DNA of 24,430 nucleotides from NCBI GenBank assembly GCA_046758745.1, contig JBHIAV010000044.1, positions 1-24,430 of the forward strand, read 5' to 3'. The notes under the pieces are model-generated. The model did no database searches. It was not told where the DNA came from and was given only the letters and a program-made list of their open reading frames with translations. Both the position numbers and the translations under genes were made by a program. The DNA comes from Gemmatimonadota bacterium. GTDB taxonomy: Bacteria; Gemmatimonadota; Gemmatimonadetes; Palauibacterales; Palauibacteraceae. This document shows positions 17,387-24,430 of this stretch, in pieces (the stretch's first letter is position 1; every line of letters begins with the position of its first letter).

Positions 17387-17527
17387 TAGGGTGGAAGCCC
17401 AAGCGGCATCGGCCTTCGGCCCGACGCTGCCGCGCAGCGCGCTTGCGCCATGAGTTCCCGCGGGAGTGCAAAACTGCAGTGGGGATTACGAAAAGGGATA
17501 TTGGACCATATTGTGAAACACAGAGCC

Positions 17528-18274
17528 CTACGATTTCATCAGCGCACCCACGATCAGCAGCCACCAGACCGCCTGGCAGACCTCGTAGTCGCCGAGGCTC
17601 GACGCCTCGCACATCTCCCCGAGCGAGGTCGGCGCCTCGTCGCACATCTCGAGCAGCCGTCTCTCCTCGGGCCGTATCGGTAGGCCCTTGATGATCACCG
17701 GCATGTCGCGCGTCGCACGGTACTCGGAGTTCAGGCCCCCGACCTGCTCGTACGCCCGCGCCCAGGAGCGCATCCGCCGGACGCCTTCCGCCACGACCGC
17801 ATCGCCGGACAGATCGAGGGTGATGCTCTCGTCACAGATCGGCTTCTCCGCGAACACGTGATGGCCCCGCGTCCAGTCGAACAGGGAGTAGACGATCTCC
17901 TCGACCTGCCTCTTCACCCAGCGCTCGACGTCCGCCGGGCTCATCAGCTTCCGGCGCACCAGGATCTCGCCCACCCTGTCGCGGGTCGACAGGCAGATCT
18001 CGAGGGTCTTCAACAGGTCCGCGAGCGCGATGACGTTTTCCTTCAGGAGGAACTGACAGAGCCGCTCGTTCCGATCGTTGGAGCCGGCGAACTGCACCCG
18101 CCCGTCGCGGAACTGGACCGTCTTCCGCAGGTCCAGATCGTCGACCGTGAGCACGCCCGTCGCCCTGGCGACGCAGAGATGGTGGAACAGATGCGGGATC
18201 GTGTCGGAGCGGATCTCGCCCTCGCGCGCGGGGGGGACGGAGGGCGCCGCGTTCGCTGCGGTCTCACTCATCAT
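17528..18274 (-). CDS. DUF4388 (PATAN-like) domain cytoplasmic protein
   Basis: REGEIRSDTIPHLF....RATGVLTV....KTVQFRDGRVQFAGSND..ERL..FL, RVGEILV, EEIVYSLFDWTRGHHVF, plus a short winged-helix-like C-terminus. Confidence 0.8.
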   Translation of the reverse strand: MMSETAANAAPSVPPAREGEIRSDTIPHLFHHLCVARATGVLTVDDLDLRKTVQFRDGRVQFAGSNDRNERLCQFLLKENVIALADLLKTLEICLSTRDRVGEILVRRKLMSPADVERWVKRQVEEIVYSLFDWTRGHHVFAEKPICDESITLDLSGDAVVAEGVRRMRSWARAYEQVGGLNSEYRATRDMPVIIKGLPIRPEERRLLEMCDEAPTSLGEMCEASSLGDYEVCQAVWWLLIVGALMKS

Positions 18275-18280
18275 CGCGCC

Positions 18281-18309
18281 AATCTAAGGTCCCGCCCACC
18301 GGCAGTCAA
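18281..18309 (-). promoter_or_regulatory. Sigma70-type promoter, leaderless, for the DUF4388 gene
   Basis: TTGACT-17 nt-TAGATT-6 nt-ATG(18274). No SD between the -10 box and the ATG. The -35 box overlaps the upstream TGA. Confidence 0.65.
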
Positions 18310-20561
18310 ACGCCGCCGGCCAGCGCCGCGAGCATGCGCCGGGCCGCGGCGGCCGCCGAGGGGCCGTCCCCGGAGTCGATGGTGGCGCCGGCGGCGGAGG
18401 CCGCCTTCTGGAAGGCCGAGCGCGCCGCCCGCGGGTCGCCCATCCTGAGGGCCGCGAGGCCGCGATAGTAGAGCACCGTCCCCTCCGAGATGCCGGGACC
18501 CGGCGGCAGCGAGGCGCGCGCGAAGCCGGCCGACCGCGCCCGCTCGTACGCCCGGAAGTGCATGTAGGCGATCCCGAGGTTCAGAAGGGCCACTCCCCGC
18601 TCCGCTTCGTCCTCGGCCGAGCGTGACCGCAGGCGGAACTCCGCCAGGGCGCGGTTGTAGAGGAGCGTCGGGTCAAAGAGCGGGATGACCGCCGGCGAGG
18701 AGCCCGGCTCCATCCGGACCGTCCGCGCGCCGGTCCCGTCGTCGACGTCGAGGACCACCGGTGTCCGGAGTCCTCCCGGCCCCGCCATCTGCCCGGTCAT
18801 CGCGCGCGCCGCCTCCTCGACGCCGCGCACCTTCACCCGGCCGACCCGCAGCACGCGGTCGCCCACCCTCAGCCCGGCCTTGGCGGCCGGACTTCCCGGC
18901 AGCACCCGCACGACGAGCGGCCCGTGCCCGGCCGCGCGCCCCCGGAGCAGCGTATCGACCATCCCCAGGCCCCACCAGGTCTCCCTCTCCGCGGGGGCGG
19001 CGTCCAGGCGCCGGACGAGATCGCGGGCCCCCTGCGGCCGGTCGGTGCGCAGCGCGAATCGGTCGGGCGATGAATGGAGCACCGAGTAGAGCGCCAGGTT
19101 CCAGGTCCTGTTCGGGTCGTTGGCCAGAGTGAGCCCCGCGAGGACCAGGTCGGCGCCGGCCCTGCTCTCCGCCTCCTTCAGGATCGCGGGGGTGAGGAGG
19201 GTGCCCGCACGCGCCTCGGCGGGATCGGAGATCATCCACTCGATGATCGAGGCGCGGATCTCCTCGAGGACCTCCGGCGACCGCACGAGGTTGAGCGTCT
19301 CGAGCCCCCGGGCGAGCTCGTCGAGGAGCGCCCCGTCCTCGTCGCTCCAGACGACCCGGCCCCAGTCGTCGAGCCGGAAGGTCCCCGCGTACAGGAGGGT
19401 GGGGCGCAGCCGGACGTCCAGGACGTTCGCCCGATCGGCCGTCAGGCGGATGCGCTCGCGCCAGCTCCCGACCCCGGGCTTGACGATCTCGACCTCGCGC
19501 TCGCCCCCGCAGACCGAGCCCACGCTCAGAGGCGTCGCACCGATGCGCTTCCCGTCGAGGAACACGTCGGCGCGGGACGGCCTCGAGGAGATCTTGAGAT
19601 CGGTGCGGGCCGGCTCCAGGATCACCGGCGCGAAGCGCATCGGCGCGTTCTCCTCCAGATCGAGGCTCACGTCGATGGTGACCGTCTTGGTCCGGAAACA
19701 CTCCTTCTCGAAGCTCACCCCGTGCCGCCCCGGCGTGACCAGCGGAACCTCGAAGGGGGCGGAGGCATCGGCGGGGTCGAAGCCGTACCTCGTCGCCAGC
19801 GCCGCCGTCCCCGAGATCGCGGGGCCGCGGGTCTTCCCGACCGGCTCGGAGTCGAGGCTCACCGCGACGCCGGCCGGGACGGTGATGAACCGCAGCGACC
19901 TCCGGTTCGGTCGCAGGCGGATCTCCCTGCGGATCTCCGCGCCGGCGACCACCGTCAGGCGCTCTTCGTACGGATCGTGCCCGTCCGCGACCACGCGCAG
20001 CGCGCGGGATCCCGCCAGCAGCGTGACGCCGCTCTCGCCCCCCTCGACCGCCGCGCCGTCGACCAGCACCTGCGCGTCCGGCGGCTCGACCTTCAGCAGG
20101 AGGATCCCCGCCACGCGGCTCCGCACCTCGTCGAACAGGGCCACGACCTTGGGGGAGAGGCTCTGCCGATCGATCGAGTAGCCGGGCGCGAGACGCACCA
20201 AGGTCTCGAAATCGGACCGCGCCGCGTCGATCCGGCCGAGGTTGAAGCGCGCGCGGGCCCGGAGGTCGTACGCGGTCGCGAGCACGTCGATCTCCTCCAG
20301 CTCCAGCTCGGCGGGCCTCGCGGAGGCCCGGGGAGCGATGATCACCTCCAGGTCGCGGATGGCGCCGGCGAAGTCGAGCTCCTCCATCCTCAGCCGGGCC
20401 CGGTCCAGCGCCTCACGGATCCGCCGGATGCCCGCGGTGAGGTCCTCGACCTCCTGGGCACGGATCGCGGACGGCGGCGGCCACGGCGAGGCGCCGGCGA
20501 TCGCCAGGACCAGCCCGGTGCGCAGGATCAGCACCGTCCATCCCCGCGCCGGCCGTCGCAT
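18306..20561 (-). CDS. Secreted TPR + PEGA-repeat + PDZ + TPR protein
   Basis: Signal peptide; TPR (AYDLRARARFNLGRIDAARSDFETLVRLAPGY); PEGA repeats (VEPPDAQVLVDG, ITVPAGVAVSLD, ISSRPSRADVFLDGKRIGATPL); PDZ (VVRVLPGSPAAKAGLRVGDRVLRVG); C-terminal TPRs. ATG 20561 overlaps the upstream stop (TGATG). Confidence 0.82.
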   Translation of the reverse strand: MRRPARGWTVLILRTGLVLAIAGASPWPPPSAIRAQEVEDLTAGIRRIREALDRARLRMEELDFAGAIRDLEVIIAPRASARPAELELEEIDVLATAYDLRARARFNLGRIDAARSDFETLVRLAPGYSIDRQSLSPKVVALFDEVRSRVAGILLLKVEPPDAQVLVDGAAVEGGESGVTLLAGSRALRVVADGHDPYEERLTVVAGAEIRREIRLRPNRRSLRFITVPAGVAVSLDSEPVGKTRGPAISGTAALATRYGFDPADASAPFEVPLVTPGRHGVSFEKECFRTKTVTIDVSLDLEENAPMRFAPVILEPARTDLKISSRPSRADVFLDGKRIGATPLSVGSVCGGEREVEIVKPGVGSWRERIRLTADRANVLDVRLRPTLLYAGTFRLDDWGRVVWSDEDGALLDELARGLETLNLVRSPEVLEEIRASIIEWMISDPAEARAGTLLTPAILKEAESRAGADLVLAGLTLANDPNRTWNLALYSVLHSSPDRFALRTDRPQGARDLVRRLDAAPAERETWWGLGMVDTLLRGRAAGHGPLVVRVLPGSPAAKAGLRVGDRVLRVGRVKVRGVEEAARAMTGQMAGPGGLRTPVVLDVDDGTGARTVRMEPGSSPAVIPLFDPTLLYNRALAEFRLRSRSAEDEAERGVALLNLGIAYMHFRAYERARSAGFARASLPPGPGISEGTVLYYRGLAALRMGDPRAARSAFQKAASAAGATIDSGDGPSAAAAARRMLAALAGGV

Positions 20562-22144
20562 CAGCGGAACCTCACGACCTGTCCGGTCTTGCGTCCGCAC
20601 AGGTAGATGCGCCCCCGGCCGTCGACCGCCAGGGCGGACGCCCGCCCGAGGCGCCGGGTCGCCTCCTCCGGCGGGCGCACGACGGCGAGGCGCCGTCCTC
20701 CGGGGTCGGCCACGAAGACCCACCCGGTCTTCCCGTCCAGGATGAATAGGTCGCCCAACGCGTCGACCGCGAGGGCCGCCGGCGCGGCGAGCCCGAGCAC
20801 CGCCAGGGAGACGTGGGAGGTCGGCCGCCCCTGGTGCAGGGCGGCGACCGTCGCCGGACGCGCGCCGAGGACGTAGACTGCGCCGTCCTCCCCCATCGCC
20901 AGGTCCACGAAGCGCCCTCCCCTGCCCGGCGGCGGCCGCAGCGTCCCCACCAGCCGGCGCCTCTGGTCGTAGACCAGCACCGCGTTCTCCGAGGTGTCGA
21001 GCAGGTAGACCCTCCCCGAGGGATCGAGGGCGATCGGCCCGAAGTCGCCCACGCTCCGGCCGCCGCTCCCCTTCAGCTCGGCGCCGCTCCAGTTGGTCGT
21101 GTTGACGGCGATCTGCCGCCGGCCCGAGATGTAGACGGCGGGGCCCTTGCCGACCGCGAGGAACTCGGGGCCCGGGTGGTCGATCCGATCCCGGATGGCG
21201 CCCCGACGGTCGAGGCGGAACACGCCGGGGGACCTCCGGGAGGCCACCACGGCCCGGCCGTGGGGGTCGATGACGATGTCGCTCGACCCGCGGATCCGGC
21301 GCGCCCCGTTGTCGCCGGAGGAGACGGCGGCCCCGTATTCGGCGTCGTACCGGAACAGGCGGGTGCCGTCCGCGCCGTCCGGGGCGCGGCTCCCGGCGGC
21401 GGCACGGCGCAGCGACGGCAGGATGCGCATTCGGTGGATGAGCGTGATCGCGTCGAGGGCCCGGGCGGCCGGCTCCGAACCCGGGTGGGTGGCCCGCAGG
21501 CGCTGCAGCGTGAGCATCGCCTCGGCCGGGTCGTCGAGGCGGGATAGCGCCATCCCCTTGCGGTACAGCGCCTCCGCCGCCAGCGGGCTTCCGGGGTGTT
21601 CATCCAGAAGACGCGAGAAGAAGTCGGCGGCGCGCTCCGGCCGGGCGCGCAGCGCCGCGCACCAGGCCGGCCCGCAGGAGGCGTCGGCCGCCACGTCGCT
21701 GTCGGGGTACAGCCGCGCCGAATCCGAGAAGCGAGCGCAGGCCGCCTCGAGGCCGGCCGCGGGGTTGGCCGGCTCCAGCGCCAGGTATCCCAGCCTCACC
21801 AGCGCCCGCGGCGCCTCGCGCGACGACCGGTAGCGGTCCGCCAGGCGCTCGAGCAGCGGCGCCGCCTTTCTGACCGCGGCGGCCGAGGCCGACCCGACGC
21901 CGTTCCAGTCCCGGACCGGGTAGATCAGGTCCGCCACCCGGAGCAGCGCCGCCGCGGCGTGCCGGCTGTCGGGGAACTCGGTGAACACCCTGCGCAGGAG
22001 CTTGGCGCCCTCGACGCGGTTCCCCTTGCGGATCGACTCGACGCCCTCAATGTAGAGGCGCGTGTCGAGCGGGCGGTCGTCGGATCGCGCCGCGGACGCC
22101 GGGAGGGCGGCCGCGAGGATCAGCGCCGCCGGGAGGAGTCGCAT
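20561..22144 (-). CDS. Secreted TPR (BamD/CpoB-like repeats) + NHL/beta-propeller protein
   Basis: Signal peptide MRLLPAALILAAALPASAA; repeated xxFPDS/HPGS..A..AL TPR turns; NHL blades (IALDPSGRVYLLD, LAMGEDGAVYVL, LAVDALGDLFILD, LAVDGRGRIYLC). GAGGGG RBS before ATG 22144. Confidence 0.82.
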   Translation of the reverse strand: MRLLPAALILAAALPASAARSDDRPLDTRLYIEGVESIRKGNRVEGAKLLRRVFTEFPDSRHAAAALLRVADLIYPVRDWNGVGSASAAAVRKAAPLLERLADRYRSSREAPRALVRLGYLALEPANPAAGLEAACARFSDSARLYPDSDVAADASCGPAWCAALRARPERAADFFSRLLDEHPGSPLAAEALYRKGMALSRLDDPAEAMLTLQRLRATHPGSEPAARALDAITLIHRMRILPSLRRAAAGSRAPDGADGTRLFRYDAEYGAAVSSGDNGARRIRGSSDIVIDPHGRAVVASRRSPGVFRLDRRGAIRDRIDHPGPEFLAVGKGPAVYISGRRQIAVNTTNWSGAELKGSGGRSVGDFGPIALDPSGRVYLLDTSENAVLVYDQRRRLVGTLRPPPGRGGRFVDLAMGEDGAVYVLGARPATVAALHQGRPTSHVSLAVLGLAAPAALAVDALGDLFILDGKTGWVFVADPGGRRLAVVRPPEEATRRLGRASALAVDGRGRIYLCGRKTGQVVRFR

Positions 22145-22152
22145 CGGACCCC

Positions 22153-24222
22153 TCAAAACTTCACCACCACGCGGGAGTTCTCCCCTGCGTCGACGGTGAC
22201 CGGGATCTCCCGGGCGGTGCCGTTGGGCACGAATACGACCTTGACGTGGTGCCCGCCGGCCGCGATCGGACGGTCGATCACCGGCGTGACGTCGACGTAG
22301 CGTCCATCGACATAGACCTTGCAGTTGCTCGGCTGCGCGTGGACGGTCAGGCTGCCCAGGCCGGGGAAGCTCACGAGCGGGGCGCTCCTGCTGTTCCCCC
22401 GGACCGTCACCCGGAGCCGCTTGGACATGAAGTACTTCTCGTTGCGGAACGTCAGGTCGTGCTTCCCCTCCAGGAGCCTGACCGGCATGCCCGCCTTCCC
22501 GATCCTCTTCCCGCCCTCGAGGATCTCTACGGCGTACTCCTCCGGGGCCGCGATCAGGACGGTGCCGGACGGGATCGGCTCGAGCGGCACCTCGCGCAAC
22601 GTCTCGATCATCGCGTCGAAGTCGGTGTCGGCGTCGAACTGCCCGGTCCAGTCGCGGTATCCCCTCCGGCGCAGGCGGACCTCCCTCTCGGCGCAGGCCT
22701 CGAGCGTCACGGAGGCGGGCGTGACCTTGCCGGTGTCGCGCCGGTTCAGGTAGATGCGCGCCCCGGAGGGTCGCGAGCCGATCCGCACCTTTTCCTTTCG
22801 GGGCCCGAGCTCCATGACCAGCGGCCCGTCGAAGGAGGCGAGGTCGGCGGCGGTCATGGCCGCTACCGCCTGCCGGCAGCCGGCGCGGGCCATGATGTCA
22901 TGCTCCTGCGTGTCGATCATCGACAGGACGACGCGCGGCTCCGCCAGCGGGATCGAGTCGAGGAACACGCGCCCTCCATGCGGGATGGTGGACACCTCGA
23001 TCGCCACCTGCGAGGGGCCGCGCGGGAGCGGCGCCTCCGCCGGGGCGCCCCCGATGGCGGCCGGGCTGACGGTCAGGACGGCCGCTTCCGGCGGCGACGC
23101 TTCGCCGGAGGCTCCGTCGCGGGCCCATTCCGGGCGGTTGGCCCAGCGCGGGAAGACGATCAGGCCCGCGGCCGCGATCAGCAGGACGGCAGCGATCTTC
23201 CCCGGGTGGTGGGCGAACAGCGTCGGCCCGGCACCGCGGCCTCCGGACCGAGCGCCCGGGGGCGGCGCCTGCGAGCCGGCCCGGGGGCGCCTCGCGGCGC
23301 GGCCCGGGATCGCCGGGTCGCGGCGGGCGCCGGGCGCGGTCGGATCGGAGGGGCGCCGCCCCACGCCCGGGAACGGGCGCCTCAGGGTCTCGGGCGGCAG
23401 CGCGGAGAAGGCCCGCCCGAGCGCGCCGGCGAGATCCGCCCCGGTGGCGTAACGGTCCTCGGGCGACTTGGCCAGCCCCTTCTCGAGGATGGCGTTGACG
23501 TCCGGCGGGAGCGCGGGGTTGTAGGAGGCCGGCGGCCGGGGCTCCTCGTAGAGGACCCGGTAGATGATCGTCGAGATCGAGTCGCCGTCGAACGCGCGTG
23601 CTCCGGTCAGCAGCTCGTACAGCACCACCGCCAGCGAGAAGAGGTCGCTGCGGCCGTCCAGCTCCCTGCCCCGGATCTGCTCCGGCGACATGTAGCTCGG
23701 CGTCCCGAGCAGGACGCCCGCCTGGGTGAGGCTCGCGGAGGGGTTCTTGGCGAGTCCGAAATCGGTGATCTTGAGGGTCCCGTCCTTCAGGATCATCAGG
23801 TTGGCCGGCTTGATGTCCCGGTGCACCACCCGGTGCCGGTGGGCGTAGTCGAGCGCGGATGCGGCCTGCGTCGCGAGGTCGAGGATCCGCCCCGGCGGCA
23901 GCAAGCTGTCCGGCCGGGTGTACCGTTCCAGCGTGTCGCCCTCGATGTACTCCATCGCGATGAAGGAGACCCCCGAATCCTCGCCCACGTCGAACACGGT
24001 CACGATGTTCGGGTGCATGAGCTTGCCGGCCGCCTGCGCCTCGCGCAGGAACCGCTCGCTGGTCTCCCGCGCCTCCTGCTCCGACGTGCCGGGAGGCAGG
24101 GAGATGGTCTTGATCGCGACGCGGCGCTCAATCTTGGGGTCGTTGGCCAGGAAGACCCGCCCCATGGCGCCCTTGCCGATCTCCTGGAGGATCTCGAAGC
24201 GGCCCAGCCTGGTGAGTTTCAT
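22153..24222 (-). CDS. Hanks-type membrane Ser/Thr protein kinase with extracytoplasmic PEGA domains
   Basis: GKGAMG, VAIK, FLREAQ, HRDIKPAN, DFGLAK, GTPSYMSPE, SDLFSL; Pro/Arg-rich linker; TM IAAVLLIAAAGLIVF; PEGA repeats (IGSRPSGARIYLN, VHAQPSNCKVYVDG). Start ATG 24222 preferred over 24264. Confidence 0.93.
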   Translation of the reverse strand: MKLTRLGRFEILQEIGKGAMGRVFLANDPKIERRVAIKTISLPPGTSEQEARETSERFLREAQAAGKLMHPNIVTVFDVGEDSGVSFIAMEYIEGDTLERYTRPDSLLPPGRILDLATQAASALDYAHRHRVVHRDIKPANLMILKDGTLKITDFGLAKNPSASLTQAGVLLGTPSYMSPEQIRGRELDGRSDLFSLAVVLYELLTGARAFDGDSISTIIYRVLYEEPRPPASYNPALPPDVNAILEKGLAKSPEDRYATGADLAGALGRAFSALPPETLRRPFPGVGRRPSDPTAPGARRDPAIPGRAARRPRAGSQAPPPGARSGGRGAGPTLFAHHPGKIAAVLLIAAAGLIVFPRWANRPEWARDGASGEASPPEAAVLTVSPAAIGGAPAEAPLPRGPSQVAIEVSTIPHGGRVFLDSIPLAEPRVVLSMIDTQEHDIMARAGCRQAVAAMTAADLASFDGPLVMELGPRKEKVRIGSRPSGARIYLNRRDTGKVTPASVTLEACAEREVRLRRRGYRDWTGQFDADTDFDAMIETLREVPLEPIPSGTVLIAAPEEYAVEILEGGKRIGKAGMPVRLLEGKHDLTFRNEKYFMSKRLRVTVRGNSRSAPLVSFPGLGSLTVHAQPSNCKVYVDGRYVDVTPVIDRPIAAGGHHVKVVFVPNGTAREIPVTVDAGENSRVVVKF

Positions 24223-24345
24223 CGGTCCGCTTGGCCCCGAGCGGGGCCAGGGTACGCGCGACAACGATCGCGGCCGGGGTTGACCGCGCCGTTTCCACAG
24301 CCCGCGGGAGGTCTTCGCCGTCCCCGTAAGTGGCCGCCTTGGCGT

Positions 24346-24374
24346 ATTTTAGTGTCGCGCCGGAGGGCTGTCAA
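24346..24374 (-). promoter_or_regulatory. Near-consensus sigma70 promoter of the kinase operon
   Basis: TTGACA-17 nt-TAAAAT on the minus strand, ~120 nt upstream of ATG 24222. Confidence 0.8.
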
Positions 24375-24430
24375 ACCGGCCGCCGGAGCGGCCGCGGAGA
24401 CGCCCCAGCGATCCTCCATCGCCTTGACGA

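Noticed and set aside
17431-17450. TGGCGC...TGC as a possible sigma54 promoter
   Set aside because: The GG-to-GC spacing is not 10 nt, and a good sigma70 promoter lies just downstream.
24270-24337. GGGGACGGCGAAGACCTCC and ..AACCCCG loosely recalling c-di-GMP-I or ydaO riboswitches
   Set aside because: Core conserved elements (GGCAAACC with its GNRA stem; the GAATCC repeats) are absent, so it is kept only as an unassigned structured leader.
1-24430. CRISPR arrays, rRNA/tRNA genes, intrinsic terminators, anti-phage defence genes
   Set aside because: I saw no regularly spaced repeats, RNA-gene signatures, clear hairpin-plus-U-tract or defence-domain motifs by eye.

Overview
A 24.4 kb bacterial window, very GC-rich on the right, in which every credible gene lies on the minus strand. 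Gene style suggests Acidobacteriota or a similar diderm (inference). Reading right to left there are four blocks. (1) An operon of a membrane Ser/Thr kinase with extracytoplasmic PEGA domains, a secreted TPR+NHL beta-propeller protein and a secreted TPR/PEGA/PDZ protein, followed by a DUF4388-like gene with its own leaderless-type sigma70 promoter. (2) A GC-rich core Wzx/Wzy-type exopolysaccharide operon behind a near-consensus sigma70 promoter: anchored carboxypeptidase-regulatory-like protein, outer-membrane beta-barrel, short OPX/Wza, Wzc autokinase, O-antigen-ligase-family protein with a helical C-terminal domain, and initiating phosphoglycosyl transferase. (3) A lower-GC variable cassette: a frameshifted, unannotated stand-alone paralog of the ligase C-terminal domain, GT9, a second Wzy/ligase-family protein, Wzx flippase, PAPS sulfotransferase and GT4. 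(4) A decayed IS3-family transposase remnant at the left edge that the ORF track misses. No rRNA, tRNA or CRISPR array is supportable.
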